64,000 nucleotides of DNA. It comes from Polaromonas sp. 39-63-25 (GTDB lineage: Bacteria > Pseudomonadota > Gammaproteobacteria > Burkholderiales > Burkholderiaceae_C). How positions within the stretch are numbered: position 1 is the stretch's first letter; each line of letters begins with the position of its first letter. Positions 1 to 9,033 of this stretch are shown here, piece after piece. The notes beneath the pieces were generated by a model, which was given only the letters and a program-made list of their open reading frames with translations, was not told the origin of the DNA and did no database searches. The translations under genes were made by a program, and so were the position numbers. The stretch is taken from assembly GCF_002278925.1 (NCBI RefSeq), contig NZ_NCJH01000003.1, positions 96,042 to 160,041 on the forward strand, written 5' to 3'.

Positions 1-353
1 CCCCGGCTGGCGCTGGCCGTGGCGTCCAGCGAGGGCAGCAGGGCCGCACCGGCGCCCACCCGCGTGGCGCGGGCCTGCTCGATGCGCGAGCGCGCCGTGG
101 CCACCGTCGGGCTCACCGCTTGGGCGGCGGCGATCAGTTCGACCAGCAAGGGGTCGCCCTGCTGCTGCCACCATTGGGTCAGGTCGGTCAGGGCGCCGTT
201 GTGCGGCAGGCCGGCGCTGCCGGCTGGTGCCGGCAGGGGGGCAAACCATTGCGAGGGGGTGTTGGCAGACACCGCTGCCGGGGGGCTTTGCAGGGCGCAG
301 GCGCCCAGCAGCAGCGGCACCAGGGCGCCGGCGGTGAAACGGGGTTTTCTCAT
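1..353 (-). CDS. Efflux transporter outer-membrane lipoprotein (NodT/OprM family), 5' part; runs off window
   Basis: Manual translation from ATG at 353: MRKPRFTAGALVPLLLGAC (lipobox) ... WWQQQGDPLLVELIAAAQAVSP...ARSRIEQARA, the typical OMF N-terminus. ATGA overlap with the TetR stop. Not in the ORF track because it is truncated. Confidence 0.85.
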   Translation of the reverse strand, partial: MRKPRFTAGALVPLLLGACALQSPPAAVSANTPSQWFAPLPAPAGSAGLPHNGALTDLTQWWQQQGDPLLVELIAAAQAVSPTVATARSRIEQARATRVGAGAALLPSLDATASASR

Positions 354-1063
354 GGCTTGTTCTTTTTCACGGGAAGGGGGGACTGGCGCCGGGCGCATTC
401 CACCGCGACCATGGCCTCGGCAAAATCCACCAGGCGCGCGGCCCACAGGTCGATGGCTTGGGGCGTGGCAATCAGTTGCGGCCGGACCGTCACGATCAGG
501 TCGCGGCTGATGAAGGTCTGCATGGCCAGCCCGGTGATGGAAAACGCCAGCCTGTGCACATCGTCGTCGGGTTTCGTGACGCCCAGATGGCGGCCCAGCA
601 CTTCCACCAGTGCAGCGTGCGCCGGCAGGATGTTGTTGTCGAGCTGCTCGGCCCACAGGCCGGTCGGTTCCAGCATTTCGCGAAAGTGCAGGCGGGTCAG
701 CTGTTGCACCAGGTCGCCCAGCTTCAGGGGCTCCAGAAAGCCCCCGATAAAACCTTCGAGAGCCTGCCGCAGTGTCAGGTGCGCCGGCAGGAAGCGTGCA
801 ATGTCGTCACAGGGCTTGCCCAGCGGTTCGGTGAAGACCGCGCGGTAAAGCCCCGCCTTGTCGCCGAAGTAGTAGCTGATCGCGGCAAGGTTGGCACCGG
901 CCGCGTGCGCAATCTCGCGCGTTGATGTTTTGGCAAAGCCCTTTTCGGCGAACAGTTTCAGGGCACTGAGCAGCAGGTGGGCCCGCGCTTCGGCACCGTC
1001 GGCGCGCTGCTTGCGGGCTTCGGGCCCGCTGGCGGGTGGGTGGGCAGGCAGGGAGGGTTTCAT
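350..1063 (-). CDS. TetR-family regulator, CecR/YbiH-like
   Basis: HTH 'FAEKGFAKTSTREIAHAAGANLAAISYYFGDKAGLY'; C-terminus 'FREMLEPT' resembles CecR/DUF1956; heads an efflux operon. Confidence 0.88.
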   Translation of the reverse strand: MKPSLPAHPPASGPEARKQRADGAEARAHLLLSALKLFAEKGFAKTSTREIAHAAGANLAAISYYFGDKAGLYRAVFTEPLGKPCDDIARFLPAHLTLRQALEGFIGGFLEPLKLGDLVQQLTRLHFREMLEPTGLWAEQLDNNILPAHAALVEVLGRHLGVTKPDDDVHRLAFSITGLAMQTFISRDLIVTVRPQLIATPQAIDLWAARLVDFAEAMVAVECARRQSPLPVKKNKP

Positions 1064-1082
1064 GGGCCCGATTGGACCACAT

Positions 1083-1100
1083 AAATCAAACGATCGATTT
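1083..1100. promoter_or_regulatory. Putative TetR/CecR operator (imperfect palindrome AAATCAAACGATCGATTT)
   Basis: AT-rich inverted repeat about 20 bp upstream of the TetR start, the usual position for autoregulation. Confidence 0.5.
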
Positions 1101-1186
1101 AATTAAAACAACTGTTTCAATTTGATGCACGGCGGGCAGGACGGACTCCCGGGAGCCCTGCCCTGGCAGGCCGTTTCCAGAAGCCT

Positions 1187-3973
1187 TCAGGCGCCGGCGT
1201 GGGGCTCGCCGGCTTCGAACACCGTGCGCCACACCGCCAGGATGGCCTCGCGTTCGGCCTGCAGCGCCGAAGGGACCACCTGGGTTGGCTCTTCGTTGAG
1301 GCGCGCCTGGTGTTGCACCCGGCGCAGCGCGCGGTAGGCGCGGGCCACCGCCTGGCCTTGGCCCGCAGGCAGCAGGCCGGCGACCTCGGCACGCTGCAGC
1401 AAGGCGATGTTGCCGACGTTGTCGGCCAGCTCCGGGTGGCTGCGCGACTGCGACAACACCAGAAACTGCACGACGAACTCTGCGTCCACCATGCCGCCGG
1501 GGCTGTGCTTGACGTCGAATTTTTCTCCGGTTTTTTCGCCCTTGATCGGATGGGCGGCACGCACTTTCTCGCGCATCGCGACAATCTCGCGGCTCAGGGA
1601 CGGGATGTCGCGCGCCGCGCTGATCACGGCCAGCCGCACGGCGTCAAAACGCTGGCGCAGGGAGTCGCTGCCCTGGACAAAACGGGCGCGGGTGATGGCC
1701 TGGTGTTCCCAGGTCCAGGCGGTGTTGCTGCCGCGCTGCTGCTGGTAATTGGCATAGGCCTCGAAACGCGTGACCAGCAACCCCGAGTTGCCGTTGGGCC
1801 GCAAGGCGGTGTCGATCTCGAACAGGTCGCCCTCGCCGGTCTTGATGGTCAGCCAGTTGATCAGCTTGCGCACAAAAGCGGCATACACCTCCGAGGCCCG
1901 CTCGTCCTCGTCGTCGTAGACGAACACGATGTCCAGGTCGCTACCGTAACCGAGCTCCTTGCCGCCCAGCTTGCCGTAGGCAATGATGGCGAACTGCGGC
2001 GTCTCGCGATGGCGGTTCTTCAGGCGCTGCCAGCACCAGTCGGTCGTGACCTTGAGCACGGCTTCGGCCAGGGCGCTGAGGTCGTCGGCGACCTGCTCGA
2101 CCGTGAGTTGACCTTCGACGTCCCGCGCCAGCGTGCGAAACAGCTCGGCATGGTGCGCGCGGCGCAGCAGGTTCAGGCAGCTTTCCTCGTCGTCCTCGCC
2201 GGTGCGACGCAGGGCGGCCAGCCGCTGCTGCAGTTCCTGCATGAAGGCCGCGGCGTCAAAACGTTCGTGCAGCATGGCGTCGCTGGCCAGCTCATCGATC
2301 ACGCCCGGGTGCTGCAACAGGTAACGCGCCGGCCATTTGGCTGCGCCCAGAAGGCGCAGCAGGCGCTCGTGCACGGCGGGACGCTCCACCAGCAGCGCCA
2401 GATAACTCTCCCGGCGCAGCAGCGGCTCGATCCAGTCAACGATGCGCACCGCCGCTTCCTCGCCAACCTTGCCTTCGAGCAGCCACTGGGCGGTGCGTTG
2501 CACCAGCCGAGTCAGGCGCGTCCGGGCGTCGTCGCGCAGCCCCAGCACGCGCGGGTGCTCGCGCCACAACTCCAGCCGGGCGCGAAATTTGTCGGGCCAG
2601 TGGTCCGCGAGTTTTTCCAGCAGCTCGTCGAGGTTTTGCGGTGCGGCCGGCGCCGACTTGCCGCAGCCCTTGCACTCGCTTTTCTGTCCCAGCAGCGTGT
2701 CGAACTCCTGGGCGACCAGCTCGCGGTGCGCATCGAGTTCGCTCAGAAACGGGCAGCAGCTGCTGTAACCCAGGGTCTGGGCGATCCAGGCCAGGTCATC
2801 ATCGCGCGTCGGCAGCACATGGGTCTGCTGGTCGTCGAGGTACTGGATGCGGTGCTCGACGCGGCGCAGGAAATCGTAGGCCCGCATCAAGGCTTCGGCC
2901 GTGGCCTGTGCCATCAGTCCGGCGCTCGCCACGCGCTGCAGCGCATCGACCGTCGGGCGGGTGCGCAGCTCGGGGAACTGCCCGCCGCGCACGACCTGCA
3001 GCAGCTGCACGGTGAATTCAATCTCGCGGATGCCGCCGCGCGACATCTTCACGTCGTTGGCGCGCTCGGGGTGGCCGGCGGCCCGTTTGGCGGCGTGTTC
3101 GCGGATCTGCCGGTGCAGGATGCGCAGCGCGTCGAACACGTTGTAGTCGAGGTAGCGCCGGAAGACAAAAGGCAGGACGGACCCGCGCATGGCCTGCGCC
3201 GAGCCGTTCCGGATACATTCGAGCGGCGCCACCACCCGGCTCTTGAGCCAGGCAAAACGCTCCCATTCGCGCCCCTGGACCTGGAAGTATTCTTCCAGCG
3301 CGCCCAGCGAGACGGCGGCCGGGCCCGAGTTGCCGTTGGGCCGCAGGGCCAGGTCCACCCGGAACACAAAACCATGTTCGGTGGCCTCGCCAATCAGGTT
3401 GTAGATGGCCTTGACCTGCTGCGCAAAATATTCATGGTTGGAAATGACGCCTCGGCCATCCTCCCGGCCGGTGGTCTCGCCGTCGTGGTCATAGACGTAG
3501 ATCAGGTCGATGTCGCTGGAGACATTGAGCTCCCTGGCCCCGAGCTTGCCCATGCCGATCACCCACAGCTGGGCGCGTTGCCCGGCCGGGGCACCCGGCA
3601 TGTCGAGGGCCTGGGGTGCGCCATGCAGCGCGTCCAGCGGCTTGCGTGACTCGCAGATGGCGATGTCCAGCGCCAGCTCGGCCAGCTCCGTCATGGCCTT
3701 GGTGATGACCTGCAGCGGCGCCTGGCCACCATCACAATCAAGAACCACCAGGCGCTCCATGACGAGCTGGCGCAACACCCGCAGGGCCGCGCCGGTGTCC
3801 AGTCCGCGTGCCTGCAAGGCGTCGTAGGTGATCTGCATGCCGGCCCGCCCGGGTGCGCCGGGGGGCAACAAGGCCAGCTCGTCGGCGTAACGCCGCCGTA
3901 TGCGCTGGACAAACCGCGAATAGCCCGATGCCGTCAGGGGCTGGGCCGGCAAGTCGGTCGATGGCACGGACAT
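1187..3973 (-). CDS. glnE: Bifunctional glutamine synthetase adenylyltransferase/deadenylase
   Basis: Two nucleotidyltransferase motifs (GMGKLGARELNVSSDIDL; AYGKLGGKELGYGSDLD) and 'RVDLALRPNGNSG'. Start placed at ATG 3973 (MSVPSTD); the ORF-track extension to 5215 overlaps yhdP antisense. Confidence 0.96.
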   Translation of the reverse strand: MSVPSTDLPAQPLTASGYSRFVQRIRRRYADELALLPPGAPGRAGMQITYDALQARGLDTGAALRVLRQLVMERLVVLDCDGGQAPLQVITKAMTELAELALDIAICESRKPLDALHGAPQALDMPGAPAGQRAQLWVIGMGKLGARELNVSSDIDLIYVYDHDGETTGREDGRGVISNHEYFAQQVKAIYNLIGEATEHGFVFRVDLALRPNGNSGPAAVSLGALEEYFQVQGREWERFAWLKSRVVAPLECIRNGSAQAMRGSVLPFVFRRYLDYNVFDALRILHRQIREHAAKRAAGHPERANDVKMSRGGIREIEFTVQLLQVVRGGQFPELRTRPTVDALQRVASAGLMAQATAEALMRAYDFLRRVEHRIQYLDDQQTHVLPTRDDDLAWIAQTLGYSSCCPFLSELDAHRELVAQEFDTLLGQKSECKGCGKSAPAAPQNLDELLEKLADHWPDKFRARLELWREHPRVLGLRDDARTRLTRLVQRTAQWLLEGKVGEEAAVRIVDWIEPLLRRESYLALLVERPAVHERLLRLLGAAKWPARYLLQHPGVIDELASDAMLHERFDAAAFMQELQQRLAALRRTGEDDEESCLNLLRRAHHAELFRTLARDVEGQLTVEQVADDLSALAEAVLKVTTDWCWQRLKNRHRETPQFAIIAYGKLGGKELGYGSDLDIVFVYDDEDERASEVYAAFVRKLINWLTIKTGEGDLFEIDTALRPNGNSGLLVTRFEAYANYQQQRGSNTAWTWEHQAITRARFVQGSDSLRQRFDAVRLAVISAARDIPSLSREIVAMREKVRAAHPIKGEKTGEKFDVKHSPGGMVDAEFVVQFLVLSQSRSHPELADNVGNIALLQRAEVAGLLPAGQGQAVARAYRALRRVQHQARLNEEPTQVVPSALQAEREAILAVWRTVFEAGEPHAGA

Positions 3974-4030
3974 TACAGGACTTCCCTGGCTTGCATTGAA
4001 CGGACGGAAGCGCTGAAGGTCATAATTCTC

Positions 4031-7000
4031 ATGTCCATGGATCAAACGACACCCTCCCAGCCGGCGCTTGCCTCTCGACGTCTCAAAATTGCCGCGCTGG
4101 TCGCTCGCCTGGCCTTGGGCCTGGTGCTGGCTTTCTGGGTGCTTTTCGGCGCGGCCTGGGCCGTGCTTCACGGCTGGATTGTGCCGCGAATCGGTGAATT
4201 CCGCCCGCGCCTGGAAACAGCAGCCAGCCAGGCCCTGGGTGTACCGGTGCGCATCGGTCAGATCACGGCCCGGCCAGGCGGGCTGATTCCGTCCTTCGAG
4301 CTGCGCGATGTGGCGCTGCTGGATGCCCAGGGGCGCGAAGCCCTGCGCCTGCCGCGCGTGCTGGCGGCCGTCTCGCCGGCCTCGCTGTGGGGGCTGGGTT
4401 TTGAACAGCTTTACATCGACCAGCCCGAGCTGGATATCCGGCGCACGTCCGACGGCAAGATTTATGTGGCCGGCCTGGATGTGTCGCGCGACCCCAACGA
4501 CGACAGCAGCGCCATCGCCGACTGGGTTTTTTCGCAAACCGAGTTCGTCATTCGCGGCGGCACGGTGCGCTGGAGCGACGACCTGCGGCAGGTCCCGCTG
4601 CTGGCCCTGACCCAGGTGGACTGGACATTGCGCAACCCGGGGCGCCGCCACCTGATGCGCCTGGATGCGACGCCGCCGCCCGAATGGGGCGAGCGTTTCA
4701 GCCTGCGCGGTGTGTTTCGTGAGCCGCTGTGGTCGGGCGGCGCCGGCCAGTGGCGCCGCTGGGCCGGGCAGATGTATGCCGAGTTCGGGCGGGTCGATGT
4801 GTCCGAGGTCAAGCGTTACGCCAACCTGGCCAGCCTGGGCATCGACCTGCGGGCGGGCAGCGGCGCGCTGCGGGTCTGGGCCGATGTCAGCGACGGGCAG
4901 GTCACCGGCGGCACGGCCGATGTGGCGCTGCTGGCGGTGGATGCGCAACTGGGCAAGGCCCTGCAGCCGCTGGCGCTGCAGGCCGTGAGCGGCCGTTTTG
5001 GCGGCCGGCAGTTTGCCAACGGCTTCGAGTTCGCCACCGAGGGGCTGCAGTTTCGCACCCGCGATGGCCTGCAGTGGCCGGGCGGCAATGTGTCGCTGGC
5101 CTACACCGGTGCCGAGGGCAAGGCAGCTGCGCGCGGCGAGTTCCGCGCGGACAAACTCGATCTGGCCGCGCTGGCGATGATCGCCAGCCGACTGCCGCTG
5201 GGCGATGCGGCGCATGCCATGCTGACTTCACTGACGCCCAGGGGCCTGGTGGATGTTGTTGAAGCGCGCTGGCAGGGCGCGCTCGATGCGCCTCTTGCCT
5301 ACGCTGCCAAGGGGCGGGTGACGCAGCTTGAAATTGCTCCCCAGGCCGCGGCCCAGGGGACCAGCGACCGGCCCGGGGTGCGGGGTGCGGCAGTGGATTT
5401 TGACCTGACCCAGCAGGGCGGGCAGGCCAAAGTCAGGATCACCAATGGCGACCTGTATTTGCCCGGCATTTTCGAAGACCCGCGCCTGCCGTTCGACCAG
5501 CTGTCGACCGACGCCCAATGGAAGCTGACCGGCCCGAAAATCGAATTGCAGCTGCGCAACCTGGTGTTTGCCAACGCCGATGCCCAGGGCAGCGCGCAGG
5601 CCAGCTGGCACACCGCAGACGCACCGGTAGCGACTGCGACTGCCGGCGCCGCCGCCCATGACGGTCGCTTTCCCGGTGTGCTGGATTTGCAGGGCAGTCT
5701 GAGCCGCGGCGACGGCGGCCGGGTGCATCGCTACCTGCCCCTGATCCTGCCCGACACGGTGCGCCACTATGTGCGTGATGCAGTGACCCAAGGCGCGCTC
5801 AGCGACGTGAAATTCCGGCTCAAGGGCAATTTGAATGACATGCCGTTTGCCGATCCGAAGCTCGGCGAGTTCCGGGTGTCGGCCAAGGTGGCCAAGGCCA
5901 CCCTGGCCTATGTGCCGCGGTCGGTGCAGCCGCGTGACGCCAGTGCCTGGCCCGCCCTGAGCGAGCTCGACGGCGAACTGGTGTTCGACCGTGCTTCCAT
6001 GCAGGTCAATGGCGCGACGGGGCGGATCGCCGGTTTTCCCGGTCTGCAGGTGGTCAAGGCCGACGCCCGTATTCCCGACCTCATGCTTGGGGCCACGGTG
6101 CAGGTGGTGGGGGAGATCAAAGGGCCGCTGGCCGAGGCCGTGGCCGTCGTCAATACCTCGCCCCTGGGCGACATCACCGGCAAGGCGCTGGCCACCACCG
6201 TGGCGACCGGGACGGCCGGCTACAAGCTTGAACTGAGCCTGCCGCTGGGCGACCTCGAGAAATCCAAAGTGAAGGGCAGTGTCAGCCTGGCGGGCAACGA
6301 TGTGCAGTTCACGCCGGACACGCCGCAGCTCACCCGTGCGAAGGCCCTGGTGAGCTTCACCGAAAGCGGCTTTGCCATCAGCGGCGGGCAGGCGCGCCTG
6401 CTGGGCGGCGACGTGCGCCTGGAGGGGGGCACGCGCGCAACGCAGGCCGGCGTGGCCCGGCCCGCTGAGTTTCCGGATGCGGCCGTGCTCATTCGGGCCC
6501 AGGGCACCCTGAGCGCCGAGGGGCTGCGGCAGGCCCGGGGGCTCGATCTGGTGGCGCGCCTGGGCAGCCGCGCCAGCGGCACTGCTGCCTACACCGCCAA
6601 CCTCGGGTTCCGGCGCGGCGCCACCGAGATCAGTTTGTCCAGCAACCTGCAGGGCATGGCGCTGAGCCTGCCGGCTCCGCTGAACAAGAGTGCCGAGACC
6701 GTCCTGCCGGTGCGTTTTGACAACACGGTCGTGCGCGGCGCGACCGCAGGGCAGGCCCTGCAGGACCAGCTGTCCCTGACCGTGGGGCGGCTGGCCTCGG
6801 TGCAGTACGTGCGCGACATCAGCGGGCCGGAGCCGCGTGTGTTGCGCGGCAGCATTGCCATTGGCCTGGAGCCTGGTGAAAGTGCGCCGGTGCCTGAGGC
6901 CGGGGTGGCCGCCAACATCAATCTCGCGAGTGTTGACATGGATGCCTGGGAGCAAGTGCTGGCCGCCAGCCCGGCGCCGGTTGCCGCGGCACCGGCCGAG

Positions 7001-8224
7001 CGGCTGACCCCCGCCAGTGCCGTGCTCGGTTATCTGCCGACCACCATGGCGATACGTGCCAGGGAGCTGGTGTTCGATGGGCGAAAACTCAACAACGTCG
7101 TGCTCGGCGGATCGCGTGACGGCCTGACCTGGCGAGCCAACATCGACGCGACCGAACTCAACGGCTACGTCGAGTTTCGCCAGCCCGGGGGCGCGGGTGC
7201 CGGCCGGCTGTATGCGCGCCTGTCGCGCCTGAGCCTGGGCCAGAGCACGGCCAGCGAGGTCGAGGCCATCCTCAACGAGCAGCCTGCCAACGTTCCGGCG
7301 CTCGACATCGTGGTGGAGGACCTGGAGCTGCGTGGCAAGAAACTGGGCCGGGTTGAAATTGAAGCCATCAACCGCGGCGCCGGGACGGTGGCCCGCGAAG
7401 GGGGGGCGCGCGAGTGGCGGCTCAACAAGCTCAATGTCATCGTGCCGGAGGCCACGCTGACCGCCACCGGCAACTGGGTGGCCGTCAATGCGCAGCAGCC
7501 GGTGGCTGCGGGCGGGTCGCGCGGGGCGGTCGAGCGGCGCCGTACCGTGATGAATTTCAGGCTCGACATTGCCGATTCGGGCGAACTGCTCAAGCGTTTC
7601 GGCATGAGCGATGTGATCCGTCGCGGCAAGGGCAAGCTTGAAGGCCAGATCGCCTGGGTGGGCTCGCCGCTGAGTCTGGACTACCCGAGCCTGAGCGGGC
7701 AGTTCAATGTGAATGTGGCCTCCGGCCAATTCCTCAAGGCCGAACCGGGCATTGCCAAGCTGCTCGGGGTGCTCAGCCTGCAGGCCCTGCCGCGGCGCCT
7801 GACGCTGGATTTCCGCGACGTGTTTTCGGACGGATTTTCCTTTGACTTCGTGCGCGGCGACGTCAGCATCAACCAGGGCCTGGCGTTTACCAACAACCTG
7901 CAGATGAAAGGCGTCAACGCCGCCGTGCTGATGGAAGGCAAAGCCGACATCGCCAAAGAAACCCAGGACCTGACGGTGGTGGTGGTGCCGGAGATCAACG
8001 CCGGCACCGCGTCCCTGATTGCCACCGTCATCAATCCGGCGATTGGCCTGGGCTCCTTCCTGGCCCAGTATTTCCTGCGGCGCCCGCTGACCGAGGCGGC
8101 GACCCAGGAATTCCACATTGATGGCACCTGGACCAACCCGAAAATCACCAAGGTGGATCGCAAGGCCGCGGCCGAGGTCAAGCCCGGTGAGAAGCCCGCC
8201 GAGGACACCGGAGCAAAAAAGTAG
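4031..8224 (+). CDS. yhdP: YhdP/AsmA2-family intermembrane phospholipid transport protein (TIGR02099-like)
   Basis: 1397 aa, N-terminal TM anchor, beta-rich body, C-terminal 'LSLQALPRRLTLDFRDVFSDGFSFD'; divergent from glnE and upstream of nit, the conserved synteny. Confidence 0.9.
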   Translation: MSMDQTTPSQPALASRRLKIAALVARLALGLVLAFWVLFGAAWAVLHGWIVPRIGEFRPRLETAASQALGVPVRIGQITARPGGLIPSFELRDVALLDAQGREALRLPRVLAAVSPASLWGLGFEQLYIDQPELDIRRTSDGKIYVAGLDVSRDPNDDSSAIADWVFSQTEFVIRGGTVRWSDDLRQVPLLALTQVDWTLRNPGRRHLMRLDATPPPEWGERFSLRGVFREPLWSGGAGQWRRWAGQMYAEFGRVDVSEVKRYANLASLGIDLRAGSGALRVWADVSDGQVTGGTADVALLAVDAQLGKALQPLALQAVSGRFGGRQFANGFEFATEGLQFRTRDGLQWPGGNVSLAYTGAEGKAAARGEFRADKLDLAALAMIASRLPLGDAAHAMLTSLTPRGLVDVVEARWQGALDAPLAYAAKGRVTQLEIAPQAAAQGTSDRPGVRGAAVDFDLTQQGGQAKVRITNGDLYLPGIFEDPRLPFDQLSTDAQWKLTGPKIELQLRNLVFANADAQGSAQASWHTADAPVATATAGAAAHDGRFPGVLDLQGSLSRGDGGRVHRYLPLILPDTVRHYVRDAVTQGALSDVKFRLKGNLNDMPFADPKLGEFRVSAKVAKATLAYVPRSVQPRDASAWPALSELDGELVFDRASMQVNGATGRIAGFPGLQVVKADARIPDLMLGATVQVVGEIKGPLAEAVAVVNTSPLGDITGKALATTVATGTAGYKLELSLPLGDLEKSKVKGSVSLAGNDVQFTPDTPQLTRAKALVSFTESGFAISGGQARLLGGDVRLEGGTRATQAGVARPAEFPDAAVLIRAQGTLSAEGLRQARGLDLVARLGSRASGTAAYTANLGFRRGATEISLSSNLQGMALSLPAPLNKSAETVLPVRFDNTVVRGATAGQALQDQLSLTVGRLASVQYVRDISGPEPRVLRGSIAIGLEPGESAPVPEAGVAANINLASVDMDAWEQVLAASPAPVAAAPAERLTPASAVLGYLPTTMAIRARELVFDGRKLNNVVLGGSRDGLTWRANIDATELNGYVEFRQPGGAGAGRLYARLSRLSLGQSTASEVEAILNEQPANVPALDIVVEDLELRGKKLGRVEIEAINRGAGTVAREGGAREWRLNKLNVIVPEATLTATGNWVAVNAQQPVAAGGSRGAVERRRTVMNFRLDIADSGELLKRFGMSDVIRRGKGKLEGQIAWVGSPLSLDYPSLSGQFNVNVASGQFLKAEPGIAKLLGVLSLQALPRRLTLDFRDVFSDGFSFDFVRGDVSINQGLAFTNNLQMKGVNAAVLMEGKADIAKETQDLTVVVVPEINAGTASLIATVINPAIGLGSFLAQYFLRRPLTEAATQEFHIDGTWTNPKITKVDRKAAAEVKPGEKPAEDTGAKK

Positions 8225-8226
8225 CC

Positions 8227-9033
8227 ATGCACGTCGCCGCCCTTCAAATGGTCTCGGGGACCAGCGTCCCCGCCAACCTGGTCATGGCCAGGCAGTTGCT
8301 CGAGCGTGCTGCCGCGCAGGGCGCCGAGCTGGCAGTGCTACCCGAGTATTTCTGCGTGATGGGGCTGAAGGACACCGACAAGCTCGCCGTGCAGGAGGCC
8401 GCTGGCGCGGGCCCGATCCAGGATTTTCTGGCCCGCTCTGCGCGCGAGCTGGGGCTCTGGATTGTGGGCGGCACCGTACCGCTCGGCGCCAGCGACCGTC
8501 AGCATGTGCGCAACAGCTCGCTGGTGTATGCGCCGACGGGGCAGTGCGTCGCGCGTTACGACAAGATTCACCTGTTCCGGTTTGACAACGGGCTGGAGCA
8601 GTACGACGAGTCGCGTGTGATTGAAAGCGGCGCAGCGCCAGTGACCTTCGAGCTGCCCTCGGTCGATGGCCACCGTTACCGGGTCGGTCTGAGCGTCTGT
8701 TACGACCTGCGTTTTCCCGAGCTGTACCGGGCCATGAAGGCGGACCTGCTGCTGGTGCCCAGCGCCTTCACGCGGACCACCGGCCAGGCGCACTGGGAAG
8801 TCCTGCTGCGGGCGCGCGCGATTGAAAACCTGGCCTATGTGGTGGCCGCGGCCCAGGGGGGCGAACACGACAATGGGCGCCGCACCTGGGGCCAGAGCCT
8901 GGTGGTCGATCCCTGGGGAGAAGTGCTGGGCGAGCAGGCCCAGGGCCCCGCGGTGGTCATGGCCGAGGTGAGCGCGGACAGGTTGCGGGCGGTTCGCCTG
9001 CAGCTGCCCGCGCTGGACCACGGGGTGTTGTGA
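8227..9033 (+). CDS. Carbon-nitrogen hydrolase (Nit1-like deaminated glutathione amidase)
   Basis: Catalytic E-K-C motifs: PEYF, YDKIHLF, VCYDLRFPE. Confidence 0.92.
   Translation: MHVAALQMVSGTSVPANLVMARQLLERAAAQGAELAVLPEYFCVMGLKDTDKLAVQEAAGAGPIQDFLARSARELGLWIVGGTVPLGASDRQHVRNSSLVYAPTGQCVARYDKIHLFRFDNGLEQYDESRVIESGAAPVTFELPSVDGHRYRVGLSVCYDLRFPELYRAMKADLLLVPSAFTRTTGQAHWEVLLRARAIENLAYVVAAAQGGEHDNGRRTWGQSLVVDPWGEVLGEQAQGPAVVMAEVSADRLRAVRLQLPALDHGVL

Noticed and set aside
3974-5215. 414-aa N-terminal extension of glnE in the 1342-aa ORF
   Set aside because: It overlaps yhdP antisense and has no GlnE-like sequence; recognisable GlnE begins at MSVPSTD (3973).
5228-8116. 962-aa minus-strand ORF (also 1199..3649, 8835..11012, 10043..11143 part, 19313..20941, 37347..39281, 43288..45816, 61877..63730)
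   Set aside because: These are shadow ORFs opposite or out of frame with well-supported genes. High GC and codon bias suppress stops; the products are Arg/Gly/Ala-rich with no motifs.
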